Notes: generated by a model from the letters alone, not told the origin. A stretch of 64,000 nt of DNA from an uncultured Nitrososphaerota archaeon (GCA_963701075.1 OY969559.1:1632001-1696000), one strand, 5' to 3'; shown: positions 1 through 11,140, numbered from the stretch's first letter. A program made the numbers and translations.

Positions 1-348
1 CGATAGCATGGAAACTGTAGGATTGAAATCTGCCCAGAGTGTTGGCAGGTCTGTCTTGAACTGGGTCTTGTTATCATTGGTGACATCAGTTGCCACTATC
101 TGCAGATCAGTTGTTATTTTTGAAGAATCAACGCTGATTGTAGTGCTATTGATGTTTGGTATGACACTTATTGCATCTCCAATGTAACCGGTAAGATAGT
201 TTGCCTGACATGTTACTTATGCAAGTGTCGCATTCATGGAATCTTGTTGTACAGTGGCAGCTTTACTTTTTTGCGTGATTGGAGTCTGCGCAAATGCAGC
301 TGCTGGAATGATCAACAAGGCATATGCCATCAACGAGACACATTGCAT
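1..348 (-). pseudogene. Secreted hypothetical protein, runs off window edge, in-frame TAA at 217-219
   Basis: ATG at 348, signal-peptide-like MQCVSLMAYALLIIPAAAFAQ; frame stays open for 72 codons after the TAA. Confidence 0.55.
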
Positions 349-573
349 CTTAGTATGCACGAATGGACTAGAGAGTTTGTTTTATAAAGAATTGCTAAGC
401 TTTGTTACTTAACAATGTTAATTTAGATTTTTATGAGTTTTTGAAATTGTACAAAATTTATCTGTGACTTTATTTGTCAAACTTTTTTTTAATTTATTGT
501 GCAGCAATTTATTGCAACCAATCGCAATCATGTCTTGGAAAAAATATTTTCTTTGTTAAAATGTAGAACGGGT

Positions 574-1816
574 TTAATCTCTTCTGAGTGCCACCATTGG
601 AGATAATCGTGATGCTTTCCAGGCAGGATAGATTCCTGCCATTATGCTAAGAGTCAATGACAACATCCAAACCTTGATCAAGTCCTCTGGCAAAAATATT
701 GGCGGTATATGCGTAGAATCTCCCCCAGTAGGAGACGGAACCGTCATAATCATGCTAAGAAGATATCCTGCACCCATCCCTATTGCGATACCAACACTTG
801 CCCCTATTACTCCAATCAAAGCTGCTTCAACCAAGAACAGTGAGAGAATTGTTGTGTTTTGTGCGCCTATTGCTTTCATTGTACCAATCTCTTTTATCCT
901 TTCACTAACAGAATTGTATAACGTGGTGACAATTCCAACAGCTCCGACCACTAACGCAATTATGCCAACCATTAGGATAAATGCATTATTTCCGCTTGCT
1001 GCCTGTTCACGTATTGCCATGACAGACTTTTGGCGTGTTTGTCCCAATAGTGGAACCATATTGGGTGGTTATCTCTTTCTGTACCGTATCAACATAATCA
1101 GGCGAATCTGCCATTATATACAATGTATCATACTTGTTTGATTTTTGTAATAGTTGATTTGCCGCATCAGGGTTTATGAATATAGAAGTGTCTGTGTATG
1201 AATCGCCAGTGGGTTTTACAATTGCCCTAACAATAAAATTTTTTACGTTGCTCTCCTGCTGTCCTGCAGAATTTGCATATGTGTATGTCAGCTTTACTGT
1301 TTGTCCTAGAACCACAAAAGGTGTTGTATCGCCCGGTGGATTTGCCACGGTGTCTCCAACAATTACTGCTGCACGATCAGCAGGGTTTACAGATGAGCCG
1401 TCTACATACTGCAGGTTTGGCACCTTGACCTGTAATTTTGTGAGATCCATGCCAACAACTGTCACATGTTGTGTAGTTCCCTCTGTATCCATCTCTACAG
1501 AACCCTGATACTTTGGTATGACATCGTCTACGAACGGAAGTGACTTGATTCTGTCTACTATAACAGCATTTAGGATAAGCGAGGAAGTAGTAGTGGTAGA
1601 TGAAGCATACGAGTGCTGGCCTGAGCTGGCAAAGATAAGATTTGCTGCAAGCGTGTTGAACTGCTGCTCTAGAAATTCGGCCTGTCCTGCACTGAGTCCG
1701 TTTAATACAACTACCAAGCTGCTTCCAAGAACTACCATCATCACAGTTAGAATTGTTCTGACTTTTCTGTCGACTAGTGCGTCAAAGGACAGAGAAAATA
1801 TATCGTGTATTTGCAT
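574..1816 (-). pseudogene. MacB/FtsX-family ABC transporter permease, split by a +1 frameshift near 1028
   Basis: ORF 1007-1816 has N-terminal TM plus periplasmic domain; ORF 574-1059 has SVSERIKEIGTMKAIGA and YPAWKASRLSPMVALR; one extra A in CCAAAAGTCT joins them. Confidence 0.85.
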
Positions 1817-2080
1817 GGCTTGTTTTCCTTACCACAAGTTTTTGGCAGTGACCAAAAAGGGATGAGGTTTAGCATTACCAGATAAGATGTATGTGGTTTT
1901 GCTGTAACTTGACAAATTGTTCATGATGACTTGCAGACCCTATTATTTAAAATGTCAAGAACGCAATTAAGTGTAATAGTACATTTATCGAAGGGTACTC
2001 AGAGATTGCAATTTTTCTGCAATATATTGCAAGCATTTTATCAATTGATTTGCTACAAGACTTTTTTCATTTGTCAGATG

Positions 2081-2335
2081 TCAGTTAAAGATTACCTTTT
2101 TTCTCCACCCAGATACAAAGAGAGCTGTGCCAATTCCAACTGATATCATTCCGGCATATACCAGCATATGGCCTACAGTTTGTACTAGATTTTCATTGCA
2201 GTGACAGCTAAAGGTCTTGCCTGATATCTGGGCAGGACAATGACAAACAACATCCGAGTATGATCCGTATCCGAGTACCGACATTAAAAGTCCCATAACA
2301 ACAAGTATCGCACCAAGAGTTTTCATCTTTATCAC
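2081..2335 (-). CDS. Small 2-TM membrane protein with CHC...CHC loop
   Basis: Two hydrophobic helices flanking VCHCP and SCHC. Confidence 0.6.
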   Translation of the reverse strand: MIKMKTLGAILVVMGLLMSVLGYGSYSDVVCHCPAQISGKTFSCHCNENLVQTVGHMLVYAGMISVGIGTALFVSGWRKKVIFN

Positions 2336-2889
2336 GTATATGACATAGCCCTCATTTAAAAAATCGGCTTGTCTATATTATAACACTTGATTGCAATCAA
2401 ATTTCCACAGCCCTTAATCCAAAGGTTGATCCTGTAGTACAGGATTACCAGACTGGATTGTTCTACACAATATCATGAATAACACGTCCATCATCAGGGA
2501 CAAATGAGAATTTTCATCAGGATTGTTCCCTGTCTTGTGATTGTTCCTGTTTCCGATTATGACTGCGTGAGACAGCATGTCAATATCAACGGTTTCTAGA
2601 CTTCGTTCCATGCGTATAATACCCTGTTTGAAAATAAAACGATTGTTGAACTGTGTTAGTGCACATTGTTCTTGAATGATGAGGCGGTAATTTACAGGTT
2701 AACAGGCATAGAGTGGCATCATGATTACATCCAGTGATGTGGCATTTGAGAAAGTGTGGGTTTCTAGCAAGATCATCTCAGAGAAATGATCAATTGATTA
2801 TATCATGAATATTTTAAATGAAGAGTCAAGATAGTTTTTCCCAGATTTTTTTGACAAACGTCTGGTCTATTGAATTATAACATCCACAC

Positions 2890-3414
2890 ATGACTCTTTT
2901 TTTGAAGATGAGTCAAACTGTACAAAAAGACAAGATGTTGTTGCTCTCTTTTGTAGCAGCTGCTGTAACGGTAATTGCCGGAATAATGCACTTGCAGATG
3001 GTTCCAATGTCCATATCGCATGACATTGGAGAGGGAATACTCTTTCTAGTCGGTGGCGCACTGCAAGTCTTTTGGGCAGTGCCTGTCATAAAACGATGGG
3101 GTATGATATGGCAAATTATTGGAATTGTTGGAACCGCAGTCTTTTCGATAATATGGTTTTCTACTCACATACATAGTCTGATAGGCGGTCACGGAGGCAA
3201 TATGCCTGGAATGATGCCAAGCAACATGTCGCAGGCATTTCATGGCAACATCACCGGAGGCAATTTCCCAAGAGGGCCTCCACCTACAGGAATTAGGAGC
3301 ATACCCCAGATAGAATACCTGCAGATGGCATTCATTGTTTTGTATGCTGGCCTAAGCAAGATGATCTCAAATAAAAAGAAAGAAACTGCAATACCTGATG
3401 TAAACAAAAAATAA
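2890..3414 (+). CDS. Hypothetical membrane protein
   Basis: About four hydrophobic segments and a Gly/Met/Pro-rich loop. Confidence 0.7.
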   Translation: MTLFLKMSQTVQKDKMLLLSFVAAAVTVIAGIMHLQMVPMSISHDIGEGILFLVGGALQVFWAVPVIKRWGMIWQIIGIVGTAVFSIIWFSTHIHSLIGGHGGNMPGMMPSNMSQAFHGNITGGNFPRGPPPTGIRSIPQIEYLQMAFIVLYAGLSKMISNKKKETAIPDVNKK

Positions 3415-3417
3415 GAC

Positions 3418-3678
3418 TTAGATGTAATCTTTTTTTGATATCAGACTGTTAACCCGTCTTATTATTCTACGAAATGTTGGATTTTCATCGCTGCCTTGTA
3501 TCTCAAGCTTGCCGTCCTTGTAATAGTATACTGCAATTTTTCCGTCAATTGATACCATCTCAAACGAGTCTAGCATCGAATCATGGTATGAGGGGTATTG
3601 CGAGAGTATGAAATCTTTTGTAAGCGATCTCTTTACAGAATAAAACAGGTCTGGCGGCACCTTGTTGTAGTTTACCAT
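3418..3678 (-). CDS. Hypothetical protein
   Basis: 86-aa ORF with ATG start, no recognised motif. Confidence 0.6.
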   Translation of the reverse strand: MVNYNKVPPDLFYSVKRSLTKDFILSQYPSYHDSMLDSFEMVSIDGKIAVYYYKDGKLEIQGSDENPTFRRIIRRVNSLISKKDYI

Positions 3679-3758
3679 ATCATTGCCTTGCGTTCCATCA
3701 TTTTTAGCGTTTTTTTGCCGTAAAATTGCCTCGAGTTTTCATTTCTTAATTTTTAATT

Positions 3759-4217
3759 CTACTGGTATGGTATGCACTGCTGTACATCATGCAATCTTGC
3801 AATTGCATTTAACGCATTATTTTTGTAATCTTCATTTCTTGCAAGCCATGAAGCAATATCTGTTACAGTCACTATTCCCGCAAGACTGCCATCTTGGCCC
3901 ACAACTACAAGACGCCTTATGTTATATATCGACATCATGAGCGCTGCTTCGGAAATTATTTCGTTGGCCTCAATAGATATGATTGGATTTGACATTATCT
4001 TCTCCACAAGTACTTTGGACGGATTCAAATCCTGAGATACCACCTTAGTTACAATATCTCTTTCTGTAAGCATCCCTGCTGGTTGCGCCCTCTGTGTAAC
4101 CACAATTGATCCAATCCCTAACTTTGTCATTATCTGCGAAGCCTCAAAGACACTTGAGTTTGTAGGAATGGTCTGGACAAATTCTGTCATTATTTCCTTG
4201 ACGGTTGATTCGCTCAT
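3759..4217 (-). CDS. CBS-domain pair protein
   Basis: VKEIMT...GMLTERDIV and IMSNPII...GIVTVTDI CBS motifs. Confidence 0.9.
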   Translation of the reverse strand: MSESTVKEIMTEFVQTIPTNSSVFEASQIMTKLGIGSIVVTQRAQPAGMLTERDIVTKVVSQDLNPSKVLVEKIMSNPIISIEANEIISEAALMMSIYNIRRLVVVGQDGSLAGIVTVTDIASWLARNEDYKNNALNAIARLHDVQQCIPYQ

Positions 4218-4645
4218 GCTGAGAAACTATTTTGGATACAAGATATTAATTCAGATATCTGAACAATCTGAGTCAGTGTTAAATTAATTTAAGTTAAAAA
4301 AGTAAGCGGTGTAGAGAGGTAAATTGAGATTAGGCAGTAATGTCGTTTGGGTTCTCGATTTTCTTGCAATCAACTCTAGTACGAGCTCAAAATCTTGCAA
4401 CCAGCCTTTTTGACGTATGCGACCACAGTCAATTTTTGCATATACCAACTCATGCCCAATAGGGCACTTGGTATCACAGTCTTTGCACTCTTTTTGAATT
4501 GCTTGAACATTTTGCATGTTCCAATTTATGATCATGCCCTTCTTGTAACCACTAAACATCAGTGCAATATCGTTTGCAAGAAGAAAAAGTAGGTCTAACT
4601 AATAATCTGAGATATTTTTGCAATATCTTTTGGTAACAATATGGT

Positions 4646-5730
4646 TAGGAGTTACGCAGTTGACCTTCACAAGATAGCCTAAGGATTCATTCCATAAATC
4701 TTAGATCCAAGACGATCCCCTCTTTGCAATGAACCAATCAAGATGTGATGTACTAGACTACATACAGTTCCTCATAGCATCCCAGAAGACCTTTACATGT
4801 ACAGAGGCTGCAAGATGCCAGCCCGTGGAGCTGTACAAAATCCCATCCCATGACTCCTTTACGCGCCTTCTACAACGACAGACTCAAGACACTGAGACGG
4901 TTTGGAAGGAAGCAAAGGCAATGATAGGAAGCGGGGGTGTTATTGTAGTCGACGATACCACTCTTGACAAGCCGTATGCCTCAAAGATGGACCTTGTAAC
5001 ATGGCACTGGAGTGGCAAGCACAGATGTGTGGTCAAGGGAATAAACCTCATCACGCTTCTGTGGACAGATGGAAAAAAGCGCGTACCGTGTGATTGCAGG
5101 ATCTACGACGCACCTGTCACAGGTCTTACAAAGAACGACCGCTTCCAGGAGATGCTGGTAAAGGCCAGGCAGAGAGGCATGAATCCGCTGTATGTGCTCT
5201 TTGACAGTTGGTACTGCAGCATTGGAAACCTCCATCTTGTCGCAAAGCTTGGATGGTATTTTCTGACAAGGCTGAAAAGCAACAGGACTGTCAGTCTGAA
5301 AGATGGTAAGAACGTGTCAGTGAGTAGCATGGAAATACCAAAGCATGGAAGAACAGTCTACCTCAAAGAGTACGGAACCATAAAGGTATTCAGGACAGTT
5401 TCCAAAAACGGAGACGCTGAGTACTGGGCAACAAACAATCTGTCAATGAATGCGGTAAGAAGGGAGGAGCTTGAAAAACATGGATGGTCAGTAGAGGTGT
5501 ATCACCGTGGAATCAAGCAGTGCTGTGGTATTGAAAGGTCGCATGTCAGAAAGGCAAGATCGATAATCAGTCACATACTCTTGTCTGTCAGGGCTTTTCT
5601 GCGTCTTGAGGCATACCGGATAGAGACAGGGACGAGCTGGTATGAGGCAAAGAGTGCCATAATCCGGTATGCGATACGGAACTATCTATCCCGTCCGTTC
5701 TGTCATTTGGGCTCAACTGCGTAACTCCTA
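4646..5730 (+). mobile_element. IS701-like insertion sequence, 1085 bp
   Basis: Perfect 18-bp TIRs TAGGAGTTACGCAGTTGA (4646-4663) / TCAACTGCGTAACTCCTA (5713-5730); 5-bp TSD ATGGT at 4641-4645 and 5731-5735. Confidence 0.93.
4729..5724 (+). CDS. IS701-family DDE transposase
   Basis: IVVDDTTLDKPY, VLFDSWY and WSVEVYHRGIKQ motifs; lies between the TIRs. Confidence 0.92.
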   Translation: MNQSRCDVLDYIQFLIASQKTFTCTEAARCQPVELYKIPSHDSFTRLLQRQTQDTETVWKEAKAMIGSGGVIVVDDTTLDKPYASKMDLVTWHWSGKHRCVVKGINLITLLWTDGKKRVPCDCRIYDAPVTGLTKNDRFQEMLVKARQRGMNPLYVLFDSWYCSIGNLHLVAKLGWYFLTRLKSNRTVSLKDGKNVSVSSMEIPKHGRTVYLKEYGTIKVFRTVSKNGDAEYWATNNLSMNAVRREELEKHGWSVEVYHRGIKQCCGIERSHVRKARSIISHILLSVRAFLRLEAYRIETGTSWYEAKSAIIRYAIRNYLSRPFCHLGSTA

Positions 5731-6650
5731 ATGGTAAAAGTGACTGGATTATTTCTAACAGAAATTGTACCGTGGTGTTGGCCAATTATGTTTTTACAAC
5801 TTGGTAGGCCAAGTCCAGTCCCACGTTCTTTTGTGGTAAACAACGGTTCAAAAACCTTTGACAGTGATTCGTCAGGTATTGCAGGACCCGAATTTTGAAT
5901 ATCTATTTGGATCTCATCCTCTTTCTTGGCAAGCCTTATTGAAATTTCTCCAGCGGTTTTTTCTCCAATAGATTGAATTGCGTTTGTCAATATGTTATAA
6001 AAGACAACTTCCAACTTTATTTTATCGCATTTTATCGAGATGTCATTTTCTGGAATTATTATTTTTATATTGGCTGGAACTGGAATTCCATCCAATGAAC
6101 TGCGAATTATATCCAATAGAGAATATTTTTCTATAATTAATGGCTGGGTTCTAGCAAAATCCAAGACACCTGTTATCAGCATATTCATTCTAGCAACAGA
6201 ACGACTTATTCTTGAAAACTCCTCTAGCATATCCGAATTAAGCTTTCCTTTGTATTTTATGTTCATCAGGTCTACCGTATTTTGGATTATTGAAATAGGG
6301 TTTCTCAGATCATGGCTCAGATCAGATGCCAGCTCGCCCAAAATTACTAGTTTTTCGTCTTTGATGTTTTTTTCGGTCTTAGTTTGTTGCACCTTTGTAA
6401 CAAATTCACATTTTAGACCAAGTGACTCGTGATGTTTCCAAATGGCCTCTTCACTAGGCGCCTCCAAGATACAGTATAGCTTGTCTTCATTTTTGTTGTG
6501 AAATATTTCCAAATGCGTGACCCCAAAGCCATCCTTGGGTAAATTTACCGCTTTTTCCAGATCTTCCTGACTGAGATCTTTCATATTGTGGCCGTCTATG
6601 AAGATTGGCAATCGTATATCATAGCCGATTTTCTCATAAATATCTTTCAC
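5703..6650 (-). CDS. Sensor histidine kinase (DUF4242-like N-domain + HisKA + HATPase), C-terminus replaced by IS sequence
   Basis: H-box SHDLRNP, N-box NILTNAIQ, G-boxes FTTKERGTGLGL; N-terminal IFIDGH...LYCILEAPSEEAIWKHH. Confidence 0.88.
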   Translation of the reverse strand: MKDIYEKIGYDIRLPIFIDGHNMKDLSQEDLEKAVNLPKDGFGVTHLEIFHNKNEDKLYCILEAPSEEAIWKHHESLGLKCEFVTKVQQTKTEKNIKDEKLVILGELASDLSHDLRNPISIIQNTVDLMNIKYKGKLNSDMLEEFSRISRSVARMNMLITGVLDFARTQPLIIEKYSLLDIIRSSLDGIPVPANIKIIIPENDISIKCDKIKLEVVFYNILTNAIQSIGEKTAGEISIRLAKKEDEIQIDIQNSGPAIPDESLSKVFEPLFTTKERGTGLGLPSCKNIIGQHHGTISVRNNPVTFTIRSYAVEPK

Positions 6651-6691
6651 ACATGAAGGTCTAGAAGTTCTCCGTGTTCAGTTTCAGGTGT

Positions 6692-7353
6692 TATTTTGCT
6701 ATTTGATTATTAATTAGATATTCCAGAGCCCTCAAATTCTTCATTTGAGATCTCCCCATCTGCCAACCAGTTAGCATCATTGCGTAGCCATGAAGGAATG
6801 TATGATATTGAATCCGATGTACTGTTTGTTTTTATGATTCCATAATCAATCAGATTCTTTATTCCATGAGAATAGTCTACATCTCTGATCTGGCCGTATG
6901 CCATAACTTTGAGGCATCTTTGAACCACAATGGGATTGTCTTTGATGGCACTACATCAGTTGATGATTGATTGGATGATTTTATTACTGATTCGTAGGTC
7001 TCGCTTCTGGTGTAACCGTAGAGTTTTCCCCCAATAAATAATGCATAAAAGTCAAATGGATTGCCATCATCTTTTGGCACTGCCTTCCAATAAGCCAAGA
7101 ACTTGCCATCAGAATCAGTGGTAGTAATTGCCAAAATTATATCAGGTCGTGTATACGCCGTATCATCTTCGACGAATATGGCACGATTAGGAATTGGCGT
7201 TCCATCAGCATCAGTCAATACACCTGAGAATGTGGCGTTGTAACCTTCTCTCACGTCTCCGCCAACTAGATTTAGATGAAGTTTTGCGTAAGATACAGCA
7301 TAGGCACTAGGCAATCCCAGCAATAGAATCGCAATTAGTAAGATTATTCGCAA
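6692..7353 (-). pseudogene. Secreted protein with thaumarchaeal IPxW(I/L)xNxAxW repeat tail, two frameshifts
   Basis: Signal peptide; IPLWFKDASKLW continues as YGQIRDVDYSHGI in another frame near 6900; ALEYLINNQIAK reads in a third frame near 6730. Confidence 0.7.
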
Positions 7354-7642
7354 TTTGAATTGTGGAAGATGTTTTATCTTATATTGTTGTCTTTGATAAA
7401 TTCTCAGTCTTATTTTTACCCAAGTCTAAATTCCTGTTTAACTAGAGCAAATCCGATAAGACCAAGATTATGCTATTTTTGTGCAATTCCAGACCCACAT
7501 TAGATGAGTGGTAAGGTATCTACCCAGATGAGTTTTACTGCACATTTTTTTATCAGTGTCTTCCATGATTGGTATCTTGAAAGTCTGGAATTAGAAAATT
7601 AATCAAAAAAAGTTTTTTGTTGAAATCATTGGCACATGTATA

Positions 7643-8251
7643 TTGGTTATCGTTTCTGCTGGACCTGCAGTATTGAATGCAAAGTATGCGGGAATGTTTG
7701 GACCTTGGTTTCTTGCACTATGCCCGGCGGTCGGAGTTGGCTTGGCAATACGTGCATTTACCAAAATTTCAATGGCGCATTACAACCCTGCAGTAACAAT
7801 TGGGTTTCTAATAACAAAACATATGCCACGAAACCTTCTTGGGTTATACCTTGCAGCAGAATGTATTGGTGCATTTTTGGGTATTCTTTTTGTCAAATAT
7901 TTTATTGGCACACAGGCCAATATTGGTGCTAATGCGCCTAACTATGCATATCCCATACCGCTAATCTTTGTAGTAGAAGTTCTGGCTACTATGTTCGTAA
8001 TGGGAATTACTCTAATTGTTGTTCATGACAGAGGGCACCATGGACATGGATGGGCTGCGGTGGGTGCGGTCATCGGATTGGATATTTTCTTTTTTGGAAC
8101 CGTATCAGGTGCATCCATGAATCCAATTAGATCGTTGGCATCGGCAGTAGCATCAGGTTACATAAACGACTTGTGGTTGTATCTGACTGCACCGTTCATA
8201 GGTACTAGCATTATTGCATTGATATATCGAAAAAAGTTTAAAAAAAATTAG
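7643..8251 (+). CDS. Aquaporin (MIP family)
   Basis: HYNPAVT and GASMNPIRS motifs; TM1 (FFVEIIGTCIL) lies upstream of the called start. Confidence 0.9.
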   Translation: MVIVSAGPAVLNAKYAGMFGPWFLALCPAVGVGLAIRAFTKISMAHYNPAVTIGFLITKHMPRNLLGLYLAAECIGAFLGILFVKYFIGTQANIGANAPNYAYPIPLIFVVEVLATMFVMGITLIVVHDRGHHGHGWAAVGAVIGLDIFFFGTVSGASMNPIRSLASAVASGYINDLWLYLTAPFIGTSIIALIYRKKFKKN

Positions 8252-8339
8252 TCTGGAATTTTTTCCAATGCAGTTAGGTGTTTGTAACAAGTATGACGGC
8301 TAGATGCGAGTCTGGTAAGACCCAAATCAACTGTGTGTC

Positions 8340-9662
8340 CTAATACGTATCAAGGTACTTTGTTATCTCCCATGGAGTAACTTCGATCTTAAACTCTTCC
8401 CACTCTTTTGTTTTAATTGCAAGATATTTTTCAAGCAAGCTGTTGCCAAGAGTTTCTATGACAAGTTTGTCGTTTTTCATCTCCGACAATGCATCAAGTA
8501 GTGATGATGGCAGAACATTTACATGCCTTTTTTTAAGATCTTCGCTGTCAAAGTGATATACGTTTTCTTCTACAGCCTCTGGTGGAACAAGATTTCTCCT
8601 TATGCCATCAAGTCCTGCCTTGAGCATGACTGCAAAGGCAAGATACGGATTGCATGTAGGATCAGGACACCGCAATTCAACCCTTGCAGACTTGTTTTGC
8701 CCAAACCATTTTGGAATTCTAATTAGCGAAGACCGGTTCATGCTTGCCCATGTGATATAAACAGGAGCCTCAAAGCCTGAGACCAGCCTCTTGTAAGAGT
8801 TTACAGTAGGACAAAGAATTGCACAGATTGCCCGTATGTGTTCCATCTGTCCTGCAATGAAGTTATAAGCTGTCTTTGAAAGATTGTACTTGTCGTTTTC
8901 GTCATAAAACAAGTTACTTTGAGACTTGTCAAAAAGGCTTTGATGTACATGCAACCCAGAACCTGCAAGTCCCATCATGGGCTTTGCCATAAACGTTGCA
9001 TGCAGCCCGTGTTTTTGGGCAATTTTTTTTACTGTATACTTTAGTGTAAGCAACCGGTCAGCTGTCTCGATTGCATGTGCATAGTTAAAGCCCACTTCAT
9101 ATTGGCCTGGCCCTACCTCGTGGTGCGAGGCTTCAGTATTAATGGAAAATGCACCAAGCGAGTTCATTATCTCTTTTAAGACAGAGTATGTCTCCGATGA
9201 CGACAAGTCAAAATAGCCTCCCCCGTCTACAGGCAAAGTTTTAGATGCGTCATTTTTCTTAAATAGATAAAACTCTGGCTCAGGGCCAGTGTTGTACTCG
9301 TAGCCTAGTTTTGATGCCTCTAATACTGCCTTTTTTAAAATGAATCTTGGATCTCCTTCAAAAGAGGTTCCGTCCGATTTGTAAAGATCGCAGATGAACC
9401 TGGCAGTCTTGCCATTTTCAGAATCCCATGGAACTACACAATAAGTTGTCAGGTCAGGTTTTAGGAAGAGATCACTTTCTTGGATTCTTGCAAACCCCTC
9501 AATTGAAGAGCCGTCAAACCAGACTCCTCGTGTCAGGGCGCCTTCCAGTTCCCTTGTCGGTATTATCACTTCTTTGACAACGCCTAACAGATCGCTGAAT
9601 TGCAAGCTTACAAACCTGATTTCGTCAATTTTTGCCTGCTTTAGGATCTCTTCAATTTCCAC
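8340..9662 (-). CDS. glnA: Glutamine synthetase type I
   Basis: FDGSSIEGF, HHEVGPGQYE, ATFMAKP, GSGLHVHQS, NSYKRLVSGFEAP, RVELRCPD motifs. Confidence 0.95.
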   Translation of the reverse strand: MEIEEILKQAKIDEIRFVSLQFSDLLGVVKEVIIPTRELEGALTRGVWFDGSSIEGFARIQESDLFLKPDLTTYCVVPWDSENGKTARFICDLYKSDGTSFEGDPRFILKKAVLEASKLGYEYNTGPEPEFYLFKKNDASKTLPVDGGGYFDLSSSETYSVLKEIMNSLGAFSINTEASHHEVGPGQYEVGFNYAHAIETADRLLTLKYTVKKIAQKHGLHATFMAKPMMGLAGSGLHVHQSLFDKSQSNLFYDENDKYNLSKTAYNFIAGQMEHIRAICAILCPTVNSYKRLVSGFEAPVYITWASMNRSSLIRIPKWFGQNKSARVELRCPDPTCNPYLAFAVMLKAGLDGIRRNLVPPEAVEENVYHFDSEDLKKRHVNVLPSSLLDALSEMKNDKLVIETLGNSLLEKYLAIKTKEWEEFKIEVTPWEITKYLDTY

Positions 9663-9789
9663 ATCTTTTCTTTGCGGGTAATGCTTAAAGTATTTTCCAT
9701 ATCATACTAGAGATATCATTTCTACTAGACTAGTTTAGCACCATCTTTCTTATTAGAGAGGATGACATAATGATATACAATGAAGTAAC

Positions 9790-10209
9790 ATGTCCCAAAC
9801 CATAGACCCCAAGTCTATTGAAAGTAGCCTTTCAGTGGATGGAGTGGAGTTTGTGGGTTTTATCAGCAAGCTGGGACGTGTCATAGATTATTCGTGTAAA
9901 AACGAGATCAACCTCACACAAGAGCAAAAAGAGACGCTGTTCATGACAACTTCGCTGAATCTGTCAATGCAAAGAGATTATGATGATGATTTGGGGGCTG
10001 TTCAGTATATTGTTTCAGAGAGGAAGAATTCAAAGATTGTTTCAATACCTGCCCCTTTTGGGTCTATCATTTTGGTCATGAAAAAGAAGACAAGGCCTTC
10101 CTTACTTGTAAAAAAGCTTTTGAAGGCAATTGACCATGCAAGGGGACTAGACGATAAGTTGCCAGGACTTAATTCAACGGTTATCGAAGAGGTAAAAGCA
10201 TGTCTTTGA
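9790..10209 (+). CDS. Roadblock-like thaumarchaeal protein (DUF6659-like)
   Basis: FVGFISKLGR...MQRDYDDDLGAVQY pattern; paralogue at 58748-59119. Confidence 0.65.
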   Translation: MSQTIDPKSIESSLSVDGVEFVGFISKLGRVIDYSCKNEINLTQEQKETLFMTTSLNLSMQRDYDDDLGAVQYIVSERKNSKIVSIPAPFGSIILVMKKKTRPSLLVKKLLKAIDHARGLDDKLPGLNSTVIEEVKACL

Positions 10210-10511
10210 GCATTTTGGAGCTTAGATATTTGATTCGAGATGCCATGGTTAACAGACAACTAGTGGAATTTAGATATGATAACCAGTACGTGCTTGGAGA
10301 GCCGCATGTCTATGGGATAAAGATTAACAAAGTGCACCTTTTGGTCTACCAGATAGACGGCCAAAACAACGCAAGGCTGCCAAGTTGGCGAGACATACAG
10401 GTTGAAAAAATTTCCAACCTTCGCTTACTTTGCTATCATTTTCAAGGCAAAAGGACAAGCGGGATAAACATTCAAAGAGACTTTGACAAAATTTTGGAAA
10501 TGGTATCATAA
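10200..10511 (+). CDS. Stand-alone WYL-like domain protein
   Basis: IRDAMVNRQLVEFRY..EPHVYG..LLVYQ..WRDIQVEKISNL resembles the WYL fold pattern. Confidence 0.65.
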   Translation: MSLSILELRYLIRDAMVNRQLVEFRYDNQYVLGEPHVYGIKINKVHLLVYQIDGQNNARLPSWRDIQVEKISNLRLLCYHFQGKRTSGINIQRDFDKILEMVS

Positions 10512-10680
10512 CTAGAGTCTTTGAAATTAATTCAAAATAAAAAGAAAGGATTTTTCTTTATGTTTTTATGTTGCCAGAATTTCCGCCGTCTGGAGTGTTA
10601 TAGTTACACCATTGGTTTGCAGATGTGGAAGACTAGAGCTGTTTGTATGCCAGAAACACTATCAGCGCGATAGCTGAAGT

Positions 10681-11106
10681 TTATCGCTGGCCGAGGCCTC
10701 CGATTCCTGCCATTGGCCCACCTTAGGGTCCACTATACGGTGTCACGATGTTGATTCCTTGGTCTGCTGTAACCCTTACTTGCAGATCACTTCCACTTGG
10801 GGGAGAGAGCATGATTGTCTCGCCGGGATCAATTACCGGTACGAGGTCAGGTTTTGTGTTGTTTCCATAATCGACCCTTACATTAGTCACAGGTTGGCGT
10901 CCAATGTTTTTTATCATAATATGAGTATAGGTCCCAAATTGTCCCGTAGAAACCATTGGATTGACTGACAATGCATACTCTTGTGTAGGAGTCAAGACCA
11001 AAAAGTAGAGTACACCTAACGCCGCAATTGCGCCTGATATGGTTACCATAATCAACATTTTATTCATTGTAACCCTTTTTCTTTTTTGATATTTATGCAT
11101 GATCAA
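10681..11106 (-). CDS. Membrane-anchored hypothetical protein, possible premature TAA at 10723-10725
   Basis: N-terminal TM, Ig-like beta pattern; frame continues GGPMAGIGGLGQR* after the TAA. Confidence 0.6.
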
Positions 11107-11140
11107 ACCTTAACGATATCACGATGTAAGAGACTTGATT

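Noticed and set aside
644-1865. Plus-strand ORFs opposite the permease, and similar antisense ORFs throughout
   Set aside because: Shadow frames of well-supported genes
2414-4592. ORFs 2414-2611, 4284-4559 and 4395-4592
   Set aside because: No motif or compositional support; cannot be called
217-10725. Stop-codon reassignment suggested by in-frame TAA/TAG
   Set aside because: TAA and TAG terminate many intact genes in the window
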